Notes: generated by a model from the sequence alone, not told the origin. Numbered from the stretch's first letter, positions 8,574 through 16,926 are shown. The stretch: 64,000 nt of DNA from Candidatus Adlerbacteria bacterium (GCA_028286685.1 JAQBRA010000002.1:1073-65072), one strand, 5' to 3'. Numbers and translations: made by a program.

Positions 8574-9734
8574 ATGACACACATGGACGTTGCTCCAGGT
8601 CCGGATATCGTCAGTCGAGATACGGACCGAGTCGACACTTATCCCGCCTACTACTTCCTCGCACTCATTGTGCTTGCGGCGGCCTGGTTTCTGACAGGTC
8701 TCGTATTTTACGGGATACCCGTCGGATACGGCAGCTTAACGATCTACATGAGCACCGTCATCTGGGCTTTGGGAGCCGCGCACTTTGCGACCAGCTTCAG
8801 GATTGTAGAGCCTGACTACTTCGCTGGCGTCCTGGTGTTCGGAACGCCGACCGTTGTCGTGACTGGCAAACCGCTCTTGGTGCCCATGGGAATCTTTAAA
8901 GTCATAGAGATCTCCCGGGGCATCATCCAAATGGAGCTGCCCAACGAGCCGAATCTCATCTTCCGCAAAGAGGATGTAGAGATTGTTCCTCCTGGCATGT
9001 CACCCCCAATCCGGGTGACCTTCAAGAAGGGAGTGGCAGGCGACGATGGCTTTGATCCAAACGATCCGTTTGATGACAGGTCGACTCAAGAAGTGACTCC
9101 TATCATTCGCTTCAGGATTCAAGACGAAGAAGGGTTCTGGACGTTCTTCGTAAGGCTCGGAGGATTCGACGAAGCGCGCAAGCAAGCCGAAGACATGAGC
9201 ATCGCCGTTCTCCAGCAGTGGCTGACAGCACTCACTCTTCGGCAAGCTTTCGCGGGTATCGGAACAATCAACCGACATTACGACGATTACATCCGAGCGC
9301 AGACTAAAGGATGGGGCATCGAGATCGACAGTGCACACATCAAACTTATTGGCCTGTCGCACTCCTTCAATACAGCCATCCAGGATATCCCGCGCGCCAA
9401 AGCCGAAAAACTTGCTCGAACTTCTCGGGCAGAAGCTAAGCAGATTGAGCTCACGCGCGAAGGACTCGGCGAGGCTAATGCCAGAAAAGCACTTCTTTTT
9501 GCTGAAGCCTCTGGTCTTGAAGAGAAAGCGAAGTCACTTGGCGTAACCGGACACGACATGCTCGGTGCCGATACGGCCCGAGCGATCGGAGAGTCCGGCA
9601 ATATGATTATTGTCGGCGCTCAAGGCCTTACGGAAGCCGTTACCGCCGCGTTTGCGGCGGGAAAAGGCATGCAAGGAAAACCCAAACCCACACCCCCTGC
9701 CACTGAACCAGGCACACCACCCACTGGAGCATAG
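8574..9734 (+). CDS. SPFH/Band-7 (stomatin/flotillin-like) domain membrane protein
   Basis: N-terminal TM helices, then an SPFH-like core (...IRFRIQDEEGFWTFFVRLGGFDEARKQAEDMSIAVLQQWL...), then an Ala/Glu-rich coiled coil and a Pro-rich tail. Confidence 0.6.
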   Translation: MTHMDVAPGPDIVSRDTDRVDTYPAYYFLALIVLAAAWFLTGLVFYGIPVGYGSLTIYMSTVIWALGAAHFATSFRIVEPDYFAGVLVFGTPTVVVTGKPLLVPMGIFKVIEISRGIIQMELPNEPNLIFRKEDVEIVPPGMSPPIRVTFKKGVAGDDGFDPNDPFDDRSTQEVTPIIRFRIQDEEGFWTFFVRLGGFDEARKQAEDMSIAVLQQWLTALTLRQAFAGIGTINRHYDDYIRAQTKGWGIEIDSAHIKLIGLSHSFNTAIQDIPRAKAEKLARTSRAEAKQIELTREGLGEANARKALLFAEASGLEEKAKSLGVTGHDMLGADTARAIGESGNMIIVGAQGLTEAVTAAFAAGKGMQGKPKPTPPATEPGTPPTGA

Positions 9735-9736
9735 AA

Positions 9737-10642
9737 ATGGAACTGACTTACGGAATCGCTATCTTTGTCCTCGTGGTGTTTTCCGTTTATTTTGGAAGAC
9801 ACTGGGAAAAGAAAGGCTCTACACGTATCAGCAGACCATCCCCCGTAACCCCTTCTACCAGAACACCGGAAGATACCGCAAACGAAGACAAAACTCCTCC
9901 TGCGGCTTCTGGCTGGTGGAAAGCGATAGGGGGCGTATCTGGTCGGTTTGTAACCTATTGGTCGACAAACTGGGCGTATGTTCTTCTGCCGCCCGCAGCG
10001 GTAGCACTGTCCCTTGTCCTGTTTGCATACTCCTTCCCTGAATGGTGGTGGTCATACAAACAATGGAATGGACCGACCTGGCAACTTGTGGTTGCCACGC
10101 TCGCACTCGGACTTATCAAGGTCTCTCCTCTCGCGCCCTCTTGGCGCGGGAGACTTACGGCATTAGTGCTCGTATTCGCGGTCGGAGCCTTTGTGTGGAC
10201 ACTTCTTGTCCGGGCTCCGTTCTTCTGCGCTCCTGGCGACACCGCGTGTCGCCAGGAGGAAGCCCGGGTGGCGAACGAGAAGCGTCTGGCCGTCCTGCAA
10301 GATCAGGCACGGCGCGCTAAACAAGAGCGGCGTGATGCAGTGGCACGAACGGACTGCACCCATGGCGTGTTGGCGACCATAGAGCTCAACCAAGAGCCGG
10401 TCACATTCCCCAACCGCTGCGTGTTTATCTTCGATATTACGGCCGGACCTGTCTGGTTCAAGGGCAGGGACGGCACTGTTGTCGGAGGCAGCACCGGAGT
10501 TACTGCAGGAGCTCGAGTGCCATGGCCCAGCGGGTTTCGACTCCTGGGCGCATGGTCGCGAGGCAACGGCAAGCTCGAAGGCGTCTTCTGCCCGGAAGAG
10601 CGGCCGGTATGGCGCAGCGGAACTTGCTCGCATACCGGTTAG
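9737..10642 (+). CDS. multi-pass membrane protein, partner of the SPFH gene (NfeD-like role possible)
   Basis: Start is 3 nt after the SPFH stop. It has four predicted TM segments, then a Cys-containing soluble C-terminal domain. No recognisable family. Confidence 0.4.
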   Translation: MELTYGIAIFVLVVFSVYFGRHWEKKGSTRISRPSPVTPSTRTPEDTANEDKTPPAASGWWKAIGGVSGRFVTYWSTNWAYVLLPPAAVALSLVLFAYSFPEWWWSYKQWNGPTWQLVVATLALGLIKVSPLAPSWRGRLTALVLVFAVGAFVWTLLVRAPFFCAPGDTACRQEEARVANEKRLAVLQDQARRAKQERRDAVARTDCTHGVLATIELNQEPVTFPNRCVFIFDITAGPVWFKGRDGTVVGGSTGVTAGARVPWPSGFRLLGAWSRGNGKLEGVFCPEERPVWRSGTCSHTG

Positions 10643-10677
10643 CAAACTTAGTTCTTACTGAAATCCCTTCTGGGGTA

Positions 10678-10709
10678 CGCAGGACCAATTGGTCCTGCGT
10701 TTTTCTTTT
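10678..10709 (+). terminator. rho-independent terminator
   Basis: cgcaggaccaattggtcctgcg followed by tttttctttt. Confidence 0.7.
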
Positions 10710-10792
10710 CCCAAAAACCCTTATAAAAGGCCGTCTTTTGCTCCCCTCTCCCATCACTTGACTTTTATACTCAAGTATGCTACTATTGATAT

Positions 10793-11269
10793 ATGCAAAA
10801 GACCCTTATAACCACTGCCGTGTTGGCCGCGCTTTTTGCTCCTCTATCAGCTATAGCCGCCTCGGTACCCACCGGATACTCTTACGACCCGGGCTATTCC
10901 TACACGCCTGGATACTCATATACCCCTGGCTACTCTATCCCGTCCGGCCACTCTGAAAACTCAGGCACTTCTATATCGTCGGGCCAGTCAATCTCAAGCG
11001 GTTCATCCATACCGTCGGGCCACTCTATACCTTCCGGCTACTCTATCCCCTCCGGACACTCGATACCTTCCGGCCATTCCGTAGAATCGGGACACTCTAT
11101 ATCGTCCGGCCAGTCCATCCAAACCGGCCATTCTATACAGTCGGGTTACTCTATTAGCTCCGGACATTCCATACAGTCGGGCCGCTCTATTCAGACCGGA
11201 TACTCAATACCTTCCGGCCGCTCCATAGAGTCCGGACATTCGATAGAGGGAACAAAGCTCAGCTGGTAA
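10793..11269 (+). CDS. secreted His/Ser/Gly-rich hexapeptide-repeat protein
   Basis: Signal peptide MQKTLITTAVLAALFAPLSAIAAS, then about 20 tandem S-I-x-S-G-H/Y/Q/R hexapeptides (18-bp DNA repeats). Confidence 0.6.
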   Translation: MQKTLITTAVLAALFAPLSAIAASVPTGYSYDPGYSYTPGYSYTPGYSIPSGHSENSGTSISSGQSISSGSSIPSGHSIPSGYSIPSGHSIPSGHSVESGHSISSGQSIQTGHSIQSGYSISSGHSIQSGRSIQTGYSIPSGRSIESGHSIEGTKLSW

Positions 11270-11282
11270 TACCCCGAAAGCC

Positions 11283-11325
11283 AAAACAAAACTCCCGGAC
11301 TTACGTCCGGGAGTTTTGTTTCTGC
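11283..11325 (+). terminator. rho-independent terminator (bidirectional hairpin)
   Basis: aaaacaaaactcccggac-ttac-gtccgggagttttgtttt. Confidence 0.7.
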
Positions 11326-11335
11326 ACTTACTACA

Positions 11336-11617
11336 TTAGCAAGGCAAATTGCCGCCAACCATAGTAGAGATAAGTTTTATGATTGCAATGGCGGAGACCA
11401 TGATAAACATGCCTCCCAGGCCCCACAGCATATGCTGTTTGCCCTCTTCTTTCTTGCCGGCCTCATTGCTTAGGCCCCACAGAAATTCCACAAGCCCCCA
11501 GACGAACACCAAAAGCCCTGCCGCGAATATGAGTGCGAGTAGCGGGTTTATAAACGCCTCGGTCAGCTTGCCGACGATGGTGCAGGTAGCGCTATTTGTA
11601 ACGGCAGCAGATAGCAT
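11336..11617 (-). CDS. VirB2/TrbC-like (T4SS-pilin-like) small membrane protein, paralog 1
   Basis: Two hydrophobic helices with the shared F-x-W-G-L-V-x-F/Y-L-x-G ... K ... L-x-W-G-L ... motif. Confidence 0.5.
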   Translation of the reverse strand: MLSAAVTNSATCTIVGKLTEAFINPLLALIFAAGLLVFVWGLVEFLWGLSNEAGKKEEGKQHMLWGLGGMFIMVSAIAIIKLISTMVGGNLPC

Positions 11618-11622
11618 GATTA

Positions 11623-12018
11623 TTATGGGGTATACCCGTCTTTACCGAAGAGAGGGCCGCTGCTATTGCCATACTGTATCTGCGGGGCTTTTCCTCGGGC
11701 ATTTTCATCGATACCGAGCGCTTCTTGCATAAGGGCAACAATACCCCAAACCGACACCATAACAAACAAGGTTATAAGGCCCCACTTCATCAGGTCCTTG
11801 CCCTTCTCGTGCCCGCTCTTGCTCGATGCCCCCCACAGGTAGCGCACCAAGCCCCAGAAGAACACGACCAGCGCTAGGGTAATGAGTATCGGTATGAGCG
11901 CTCCTATAAGACTCCCAAAAGCCCCTAAGAGGCTTTCAATAGGCGACAGGTTAAGTCCTTGGGCAGAGGCCCATGCGGGCAAAGCGAACAGGAGCAAAGC
12001 TGCAGACCTTTTTATCAT
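11623..12018 (-). CDS. VirB2/TrbC-like (T4SS-pilin-like) small membrane protein, paralog 2
   Basis: Signal peptide, then ILITLALVVFFWGLVRYLWGA...KDLMKWGLITLFVMVSVWGIV. Confidence 0.5.
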   Translation of the reverse strand: MIKRSAALLLFALPAWASAQGLNLSPIESLLGAFGSLIGALIPILITLALVVFFWGLVRYLWGASSKSGHEKGKDLMKWGLITLFVMVSVWGIVALMQEALGIDENARGKAPQIQYGNSSGPLFGKDGYTP

Positions 12019-12372
12019 TTACGGTACGAGTGCTTTAGGAGAGAGGACATCTGCATTGCGCTGGACACCCAAAGCATCCTGGGCCAGGCGGACAATGCCC
12101 CAGACCGACACCATGACAAACAAAGTTACGAGACCCCACTTCATCAGGTCCTTAGCACCGGCGGTGTTTGACTTGCCGCCAGCGCCGTACAAGTAGCGCA
12201 CCAAGCCCCAGAAAAAGACAACGAGTGCCAAGGTGATGAGTATCGGAACCAAGGCGGCAACGAGGCGGCCTACGGCGCCAATAAGATTGGCCAAAGGCTG
12301 TAGGCTCTGAGCCGAAGCCGCAAGCGGCAGTGCTAAAGAAAGGGCTGATAGTGCGGCGAAGGTCTTTTTCAT
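12019..12372 (-). CDS. VirB2/TrbC-like (T4SS-pilin-like) small membrane protein, paralog 3
   Basis: Core is near-identical to paralog 2 (ILITLALVVFFWGLVRYLYGA...KDLMKWGLVTLFVMVSVWGIV). The tail differs. Confidence 0.5.
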   Translation of the reverse strand: MKKTFAALSALSLALPLAASAQSLQPLANLIGAVGRLVAALVPILITLALVVFFWGLVRYLYGAGGKSNTAGAKDLMKWGLVTLFVMVSVWGIVRLAQDALGVQRNADVLSPKALVP

Positions 12373-12455
12373 TAAAATAACTTAAACGGGTATGGCTCTA
12401 TTCTAGCAGGCCCCTGCTCTCTTTTGCTTTGCCGTGTGGATAACAAAGGGCCAGG

Positions 12456-12698
12456 TTAGGCCGGCAGGAATATCCCCTGTAGCAATTGCAGTATGCCAAA
12501 TATGGATACCAGCACAAACAGCGCCACCAGGCCCCAGCCCAACAGCTCTTTTTGGCCCTGCTTGTCATGCGAGTCGCCGGACAGGTACAAGAACCGTACT
12601 GCGCCCCATAAAAATATGGCCAGCGCTACCGAGCCCAAGAGAGCCACCAGGACGTTTATAACGCTAATTATCTGGCCAACGAGGACGGAAAAAGTCAT
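12456..12698 (-). CDS. VirB2/TrbC-like (T4SS-pilin-like) small membrane protein, paralog 4
   Basis: LAIFLWGAVRFLYLSG...KELLGWGLVALFVLVSIFGIL. Confidence 0.45.
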   Translation of the reverse strand: MTFSVLVGQIISVINVLVALLGSVALAIFLWGAVRFLYLSGDSHDKQGQKELLGWGLVALFVLVSIFGILQLLQGIFLPA

Positions 12699-12701
12699 AT
12701 A

Positions 12702-13148
12702 TTAGCGGCCACAGAACTGTATCGTACCGCTGGTATCGAGCGTTTGGATAGTTGCCGAAATGATGCTGGCCAAGGTCCAAGCGCCCAGGAATATGGCAAT
12801 GCCTAAAATGACAAACTTAAAGTTCCTTTTAGCGTCGTCGAGCCCTGTCGCGCTGCCACGGGCCAATATAAACCTGAAACCCGACCATACTAAGAACAAG
12901 ACCGCGATCGGCATGCCTATCGCCATAATAATGTTGAGCAGGGCCTTGACCAGGTTGCAGAAATCATCAACGCCCAGCGGGTTACACAACTTAAAAGTAC
13001 CTCCTTGTGATCCGCAATCAGAGCCTGTGGGAACGGAATTTTGATATGTCCCTGTCTGGACAGAGTTTGCCTGCGCCAAAGCAAATTGTGGAATAAGTAT
13101 TATTCCACAAAGGATGAGCGAGGTTGAGATAAATTTATAAAATTTCAT
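12702..13148 (-). CDS. VirB2/TrbC-like small membrane protein, divergent Cys-containing paralog 5
   Basis: Signal peptide, a Cys-rich N-terminal part, then AVLFLVWSGFRFILARG...KRNFKFVILGIAIFLGAW. Lower GC than the others. Confidence 0.4.
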   Translation of the reverse strand: MKFYKFISTSLILCGIILIPQFALAQANSVQTGTYQNSVPTGSDCGSQGGTFKLCNPLGVDDFCNLVKALLNIIMAIGMPIAVLFLVWSGFRFILARGSATGLDDAKRNFKFVILGIAIFLGAWTLASIISATIQTLDTSGTIQFCGR

Positions 13149-14440
13149 TGATTTGGCAAAAGCTGGCGCATAGCCTGGGCGGCATCAAAAACGGCCTGCT
13201 CGGGGTCGGTGCGCCCCGATGAGACAGATTCTATCATTGTTTTAAAGATGTTATTGGTCGCCGAGGCGTTCGGGTCATTCCACGAGCGCGAGATAAGCGC
13301 TGACTGTACGAACACCTCTCCGGCGGCAGAAGCCGAGGTGTCTATGGGCACATCGCGGCGCACCGGCGGCAAGGTGGTCTGCCCCGATACGGCAGCAATG
13401 CCTGCGGCCGAGGTAAGCTTTTGGGCCACCGCCAAAGCTCCGGCCGGGTTCTGCGCCCCGCGAGCAATGGAGAGCCCCGCGATATTGCCGGAGGTAATGC
13501 GGGATGAAGCGCCCATAAGCTGGGGCAGCACCGCAACGCCAAAGCGCAGGTTGGGATTGCGCTCCGCTATGGAGCGGTACTCGCTGGCAAAGCCGAAGTA
13601 AACTGCAACGTCGCCCGAAGCAAATGCGTTGTACGAGTTGGGCAGCGAGCGGTTCCACGAGTAGGTGGTTTTAGAAGGGTTGGCAAAATCGGTATAAAAC
13701 CGCAAGGCTCCGGCAGCCGGCGTGTCGCTCTGGTTTTCAGGCTTGGAACCTAAGACAGTGGTAAGCGCGCCCGCAGCATTGCGACTCGTGACAAAGTCTC
13801 CGGTCTGCATGAACAGGGCCGACAGGACCGCCTTGCCGTTGTTTATGTTGTCCCAGGTGCCCAGCGCCACCGCCGACTTGCGGACCGAGCCGGCAGAGAG
13901 CGAGGTTATCTTGGGCGCCAAGGTAATGAGATCATTCCAATACTGGGGCGGCTGGGCGATGCCAACCCCGGTAAAGGTGTCGCGGTTCCAGTACATGACC
14001 AAGGGGTCTATGGTAAACGGCAAGGCCAAGATGCCTCCCGGGGTCAAAAACAGCTGGCCCTCGTCAACAAAGGACGACATGAACGTGCTTTGCGTCACGG
14101 CGCTGTACGGGATAGGCACTATCTTGTCGGAAAGCCCGCCCATGCTGCTCTGCGAGAGGAAGACCAGGTCCGGACCGGTGCCTGCTGCAATGGCATTTAC
14201 CAGGTCAGACTCGTACGTGGCCGGGCTGTGATAGTAATACTGCACATCCGAGAGGCTCTTATCCGCGCTAGACACCTCGCCTAGGACCGAGTCCATGGTC
14301 GACTGGTCGATAGTGCCCCAGACAATAACCGTGCCTATTCCCCCTTGGCCGCCCACACCCCCAAAAAGAGCGAAGACGCCGATACCGATGACGACAAGGG
14401 CTACGAAAATGCCGGTAACTATGGTTTGGAAGCTGGACAT
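13145..14440 (-). CDS. membrane-anchored extracellular solute-binding protein (ABC-transporter SBP family 1-like)
   Basis: N-terminal TM anchor, then a periplasmic-binding-protein-like sequence (...DLVFLSQSSMGGLSDKIVPIPY...WNDLITLAPKI...). Confidence 0.5.
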   Translation of the reverse strand: MSSFQTIVTGIFVALVVIGIGVFALFGGVGGQGGIGTVIVWGTIDQSTMDSVLGEVSSADKSLSDVQYYYHSPATYESDLVNAIAAGTGPDLVFLSQSSMGGLSDKIVPIPYSAVTQSTFMSSFVDEGQLFLTPGGILALPFTIDPLVMYWNRDTFTGVGIAQPPQYWNDLITLAPKITSLSAGSVRKSAVALGTWDNINNGKAVLSALFMQTGDFVTSRNAAGALTTVLGSKPENQSDTPAAGALRFYTDFANPSKTTYSWNRSLPNSYNAFASGDVAVYFGFASEYRSIAERNPNLRFGVAVLPQLMGASSRITSGNIAGLSIARGAQNPAGALAVAQKLTSAAGIAAVSGQTTLPPVRRDVPIDTSASAAGEVFVQSALISRSWNDPNASATNNIFKTMIESVSSGRTDPEQAVFDAAQAMRQLLPNQ

Positions 14441-14446
14441 GCGGTA

Positions 14447-14983
14447 TTACTTTTTCCTTAGTATAAGCCCCCAATGGTAGGCGCCTGCGGGGATATCCTC
14501 TGCCTGACTGAATCCGGCGACCTCGAATATTTTCTTAGCCTCCACAGCGGACACTATCTGGTCGGGATGCGGCCCCAAGCCGCCGTGCGAGTCGCCCCAG
14601 TCGATAAGCATGAGGCGGCCGGCACGGCGCAGCACGCGGGCAGCTTCTGCGGCTGCAGCAGCCTTGTCCTCGGTCGAAAAGAGCCCGTTGGCCAAAATGC
14701 AAAAATCCATGGTGCCTTCGGGCAAATGCGTGCCGTTAAGCTTTTCTATCGTGCCGCGCACAACCTCTATGTTGCGCAAGCCCTCGGCCTCGGCCAGATT
14801 CTTAAGCCGCGGGAGCATGTCCTGATGGGCATCTACGGCCCACACCTGGCCCTGGGCCCCTACCGCGCGGGCAGCCGCGCGGGCAAAAAAGCCCGAGCCA
14901 GCGGCCAAGTCGGCCACGCGCGAGCCTTCGCTTATGTGGCACGCCGCCACTGCTGCCTGCGGATTAAGAAACGAACTCTCCAT
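14447..14983 (-). CDS. class I SAM-dependent methyltransferase
   Basis: Motif I VADLAAGSGFFARAAA, and ...LRRAGRLMLIDW. Start taken at the second Met (MESSFLN). Confidence 0.6.
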   Translation of the reverse strand: MESSFLNPQAAVAACHISEGSRVADLAAGSGFFARAAARAVGAQGQVWAVDAHQDMLPRLKNLAEAEGLRNIEVVRGTIEKLNGTHLPEGTMDFCILANGLFSTEDKAAAAAEAARVLRRAGRLMLIDWGDSHGGLGPHPDQIVSAVEAKKIFEVAGFSQAEDIPAGAYHWGLILRKK

Positions 14984-15032
14984 TGCGTTCAGTATATATC
15001 CAAAAAAGCGCCGCCCAGAAAGTCTGGGCGGG

Positions 15033-15383
15033 CTAGGCGGCTTGCACTGAAACGATCCGGGCAAGTTTGGGTTTCAATTCCGTTTCTTCCACCCATCTAC
15101 CGCCTAAAGTTTCAGCAACGGGAATGCTGTAAAAACGCATATGGGCTACCGGCAGGATAAAAGAGTCGCCGAGCTCATACTCAATATCCTGGTAATAAAC
15201 CCACCCCTTAAGCAGCGGGCTTATCGCAATTGCAGCGCAACTGAGAGCCTCGGCCTCCGTATCAAAGAGGCTTTTGCATGTAGCGCAAGCGTATTGGACA
15301 TGGGCCTTCCAGACCGCGCAGCACCGGAGAGCCCTGGGCTGCTCGATATAGGCTGTTTCGCACCTCTCGCATTGAAATAACAT
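15033..15383 (-). CDS. hypothetical protein with an N-terminal Cys-rich (zinc-ribbon-like) segment
   Basis: CERCETAY...CC...CATC. Confidence 0.3.
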   Translation of the reverse strand: MLFQCERCETAYIEQPRALRCCAVWKAHVQYACATCKSLFDTEAEALSCAAIAISPLLKGWVYYQDIEYELGDSFILPVAHMRFYSIPVAETLGGRWVEETELKPKLARIVSVQAA

Positions 15384-15430
15384 CGCTACCTACCCCGCGC
15401 TAGAGCTTGTCTGCTTCAACTCTACACCCG

Positions 15431-15456
15431 CAAAAAAGCCCCGCTTGAGCGGGGGT
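15431..15456 (-). terminator. rho-independent terminator (minus strand)
   Basis: The minus-strand transcript ends ccccgctcaagcgggg followed by cttttttg. Confidence 0.6.
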
Positions 15457-15487
15457 GGATAAGTCAGAGGCCGCGCGGGCAGTACCG

Positions 15488-15648
15488 CTACCGGCCAACC
15501 GCCACGGCCTCGGACGGAGTGCCGGAGATGGCAGCCTGGCGTTCTGCAGAGAGCACCGATGCGCCCCACAGCGAGTATGCAACCGTGCAGACCATCGCTA
15601 GGGCGACCACTCCTGCCGTGCCCATTTTATTAGAAACTTTCTCGCTCA
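15488..15648 (-). CDS. small predicted single-TM peptide (52 aa), not in the ORF track
   Basis: MSEKVSNKMGTAGVVALAMVCTVAYSLWGASVLSAERQAAISGTPSEAVAVGR, directly followed by a canonical terminator. Confidence 0.3.
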
Positions 15649-15917
15649 TATATACATAAACGCACAACCTGCCTGTTTCTTACATGAATTACCCGCCGCA
15701 CGTATGTGCGGCGGGTAATAAAACAGCTTCTTGTCTTTAAAAATTACAGAAGGAACGGCGCACAATACAAAGAAACGCCCACCAATCCCGCAGCCCACAA
15801 CCCCGCCTTGCGACACGCTTCTTTGTTTCTGAAAAACGACACGACCCGCTTCGCCATGACGACCTCCCAAGATCCAGCCTCTGCCACAAAGGTACTCCAC
15901 CCCGCAGCGCGGTCAAC

Positions 15918-16178
15918 TTACTTATCCCCTTCGACTTTAGAAAATCGCTGCATCTGACTGTCCTCCCACTGCAGGGATTCGCTCCACTCGGCAAGCGGGC
16001 GGGTAAACAGCGGCGCGGCCGCATTGTCATACATCGGCTCGTACACCACCGCCCATTGATCAGTCGAGTCGAGCGCAACGCCGATAATTTTATATAAATC
16101 GCCCTTGTAGTGCTTATATACCTCCCCTGCCTCAGGGGCGTCTGCAGGCAACATTGGTACCGGATCTCCTTTTGACAT
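15918..16178 (-). CDS. DUF1653-family protein
   Basis: EVYKHYKGDLYKIIGVALDSTDQWAVVYEPMY is a typical DUF1653 core. Start taken at the second Met. Confidence 0.5.
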   Translation of the reverse strand: MSKGDPVPMLPADAPEAGEVYKHYKGDLYKIIGVALDSTDQWAVVYEPMYDNAAAPLFTRPLAEWSESLQWEDSQMQRFSKVEGDK

Positions 16179-16199
16179 ATCCCTAGTATACAAACAAAA

Positions 16200-16229
16200 C
16201 GCCCGCGGCACCCAATGGGGCCGCGGGCT
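16200..16229 (-). terminator. palindromic terminator (copy A of a repeated palindrome)
   Basis: gcccgcggc-acccaatgg-ggccgcgggc, followed by a T-run on the minus strand. Confidence 0.5.
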
Positions 16230-16234
16230 CTCAA

Positions 16235-16396
16235 TCAATTCCTATAGCGATAACCGCTGTGGGGGTTCGCGCTGGCAAACTTATTCATCGCCTCTCTGTA
16301 GCTTTTGCCATCTCCGCTCTTGGGAGGAGACGGCGGGGTCCTGACCCCCTTTTTGCGAGCCTTGATCCGCTCACTCTGCCGTTTGGACTTTGCCAT
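16235..16396 (-). CDS. small basic protein (53 aa), not in the ORF track
   Basis: GGAGG sits 7 nt upstream of the ATG. The product is MAKSKRQSERIKARKKGVRTPPSPPKSGDGKSYREAMNKFASANPHSGYRYRN, flanked by two similar terminator palindromes. Confidence 0.35.
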   Translation of the reverse strand: MAKSKRQSERIKARKKGVRTPPSPPKSGDGKSYREAMNKFASANPHSGYRYRN

Positions 16397-16483
16397 TTCG
16401 ATACCTCCGTATCATTTCCGGGCTGGAACTGCGCCGCTGCCGACACCTTACTATGCCACCCTGTCAAAATCAACAAAATAAAA

Positions 16484-16520
16484 GCCCGCGGCACCCATAG
16501 GGCCGCGGGCTATTCTTTTC
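16484..16520 (-). terminator. palindromic terminator (copy B), bidirectional
   Basis: gcccgcggc-acccatagg-gccgcgggc with T-runs on both sides. Confidence 0.55.
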
Positions 16521-16522
16521 GC

Positions 16523-16843
16523 TTATTTTTTTGTCTTGCGCCTGAGTTTGGTCTTGAGCTTGAGCTTTTTTATCTCACTCAAGACTTTGCGCGGAAGACC
16601 GGAGCTATTGCCTTTCTTGCGGCGCTTATTGTCTTCGGACAGGATTTTTTGGACCCGACGGATCTTCTTTGCATCCTGCGCTTCGATCTTTTCTCGAGCC
16701 ACTATCTCTTCCCGGCGCCGGGTATCGGCCTCGAAGAAAGTCTCCTGATTGGGGCCATAGACCACCTGGGACATCGAAGTTATTCCTGCCGTACCCAGGC
16801 CCCTAAACTTCGCATTAACGTTGCTGTACAGGCGTACTGCCAT
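16523..16843 (-). CDS. hypothetical protein with a highly basic Lys/Arg-rich C-terminus
   Basis: MAVRLYSNVNAKFRGLGTAGITSM...KKLKLKTKLRRKTKK. Confidence 0.3.
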   Translation of the reverse strand: MAVRLYSNVNAKFRGLGTAGITSMSQVVYGPNQETFFEADTRRREEIVAREKIEAQDAKKIRRVQKILSEDNKRRKKGNSSGLPRKVLSEIKKLKLKTKLRRKTKK

Positions 16844-16926
16844 CTTCTCCAATCCTCTAGAGCTGCTTGTCTGCTCCTATTTTACCAAATTTGACGTTTT
16901 AGTAAATAAATACTCTTATTCTGCCG

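Noticed and set aside
10870-11250. CRISPR array considered because of the regular short tandem repeats
   Set aside because: The period is 18 bp with no spacers, and the repeats are in frame inside a signal-peptide-bearing ORF. They are protein-coding hexapeptide repeats.
15690-15722. Perfect 13-bp palindrome ttacccgccgcac-gtat-gtgcggcgggtaa, considered as a terminator
   Set aside because: It is not followed by a U-run on either strand and lies about 200 nt from the nearest stop codon. It may be a protein-binding site, but the evidence is too weak to call.
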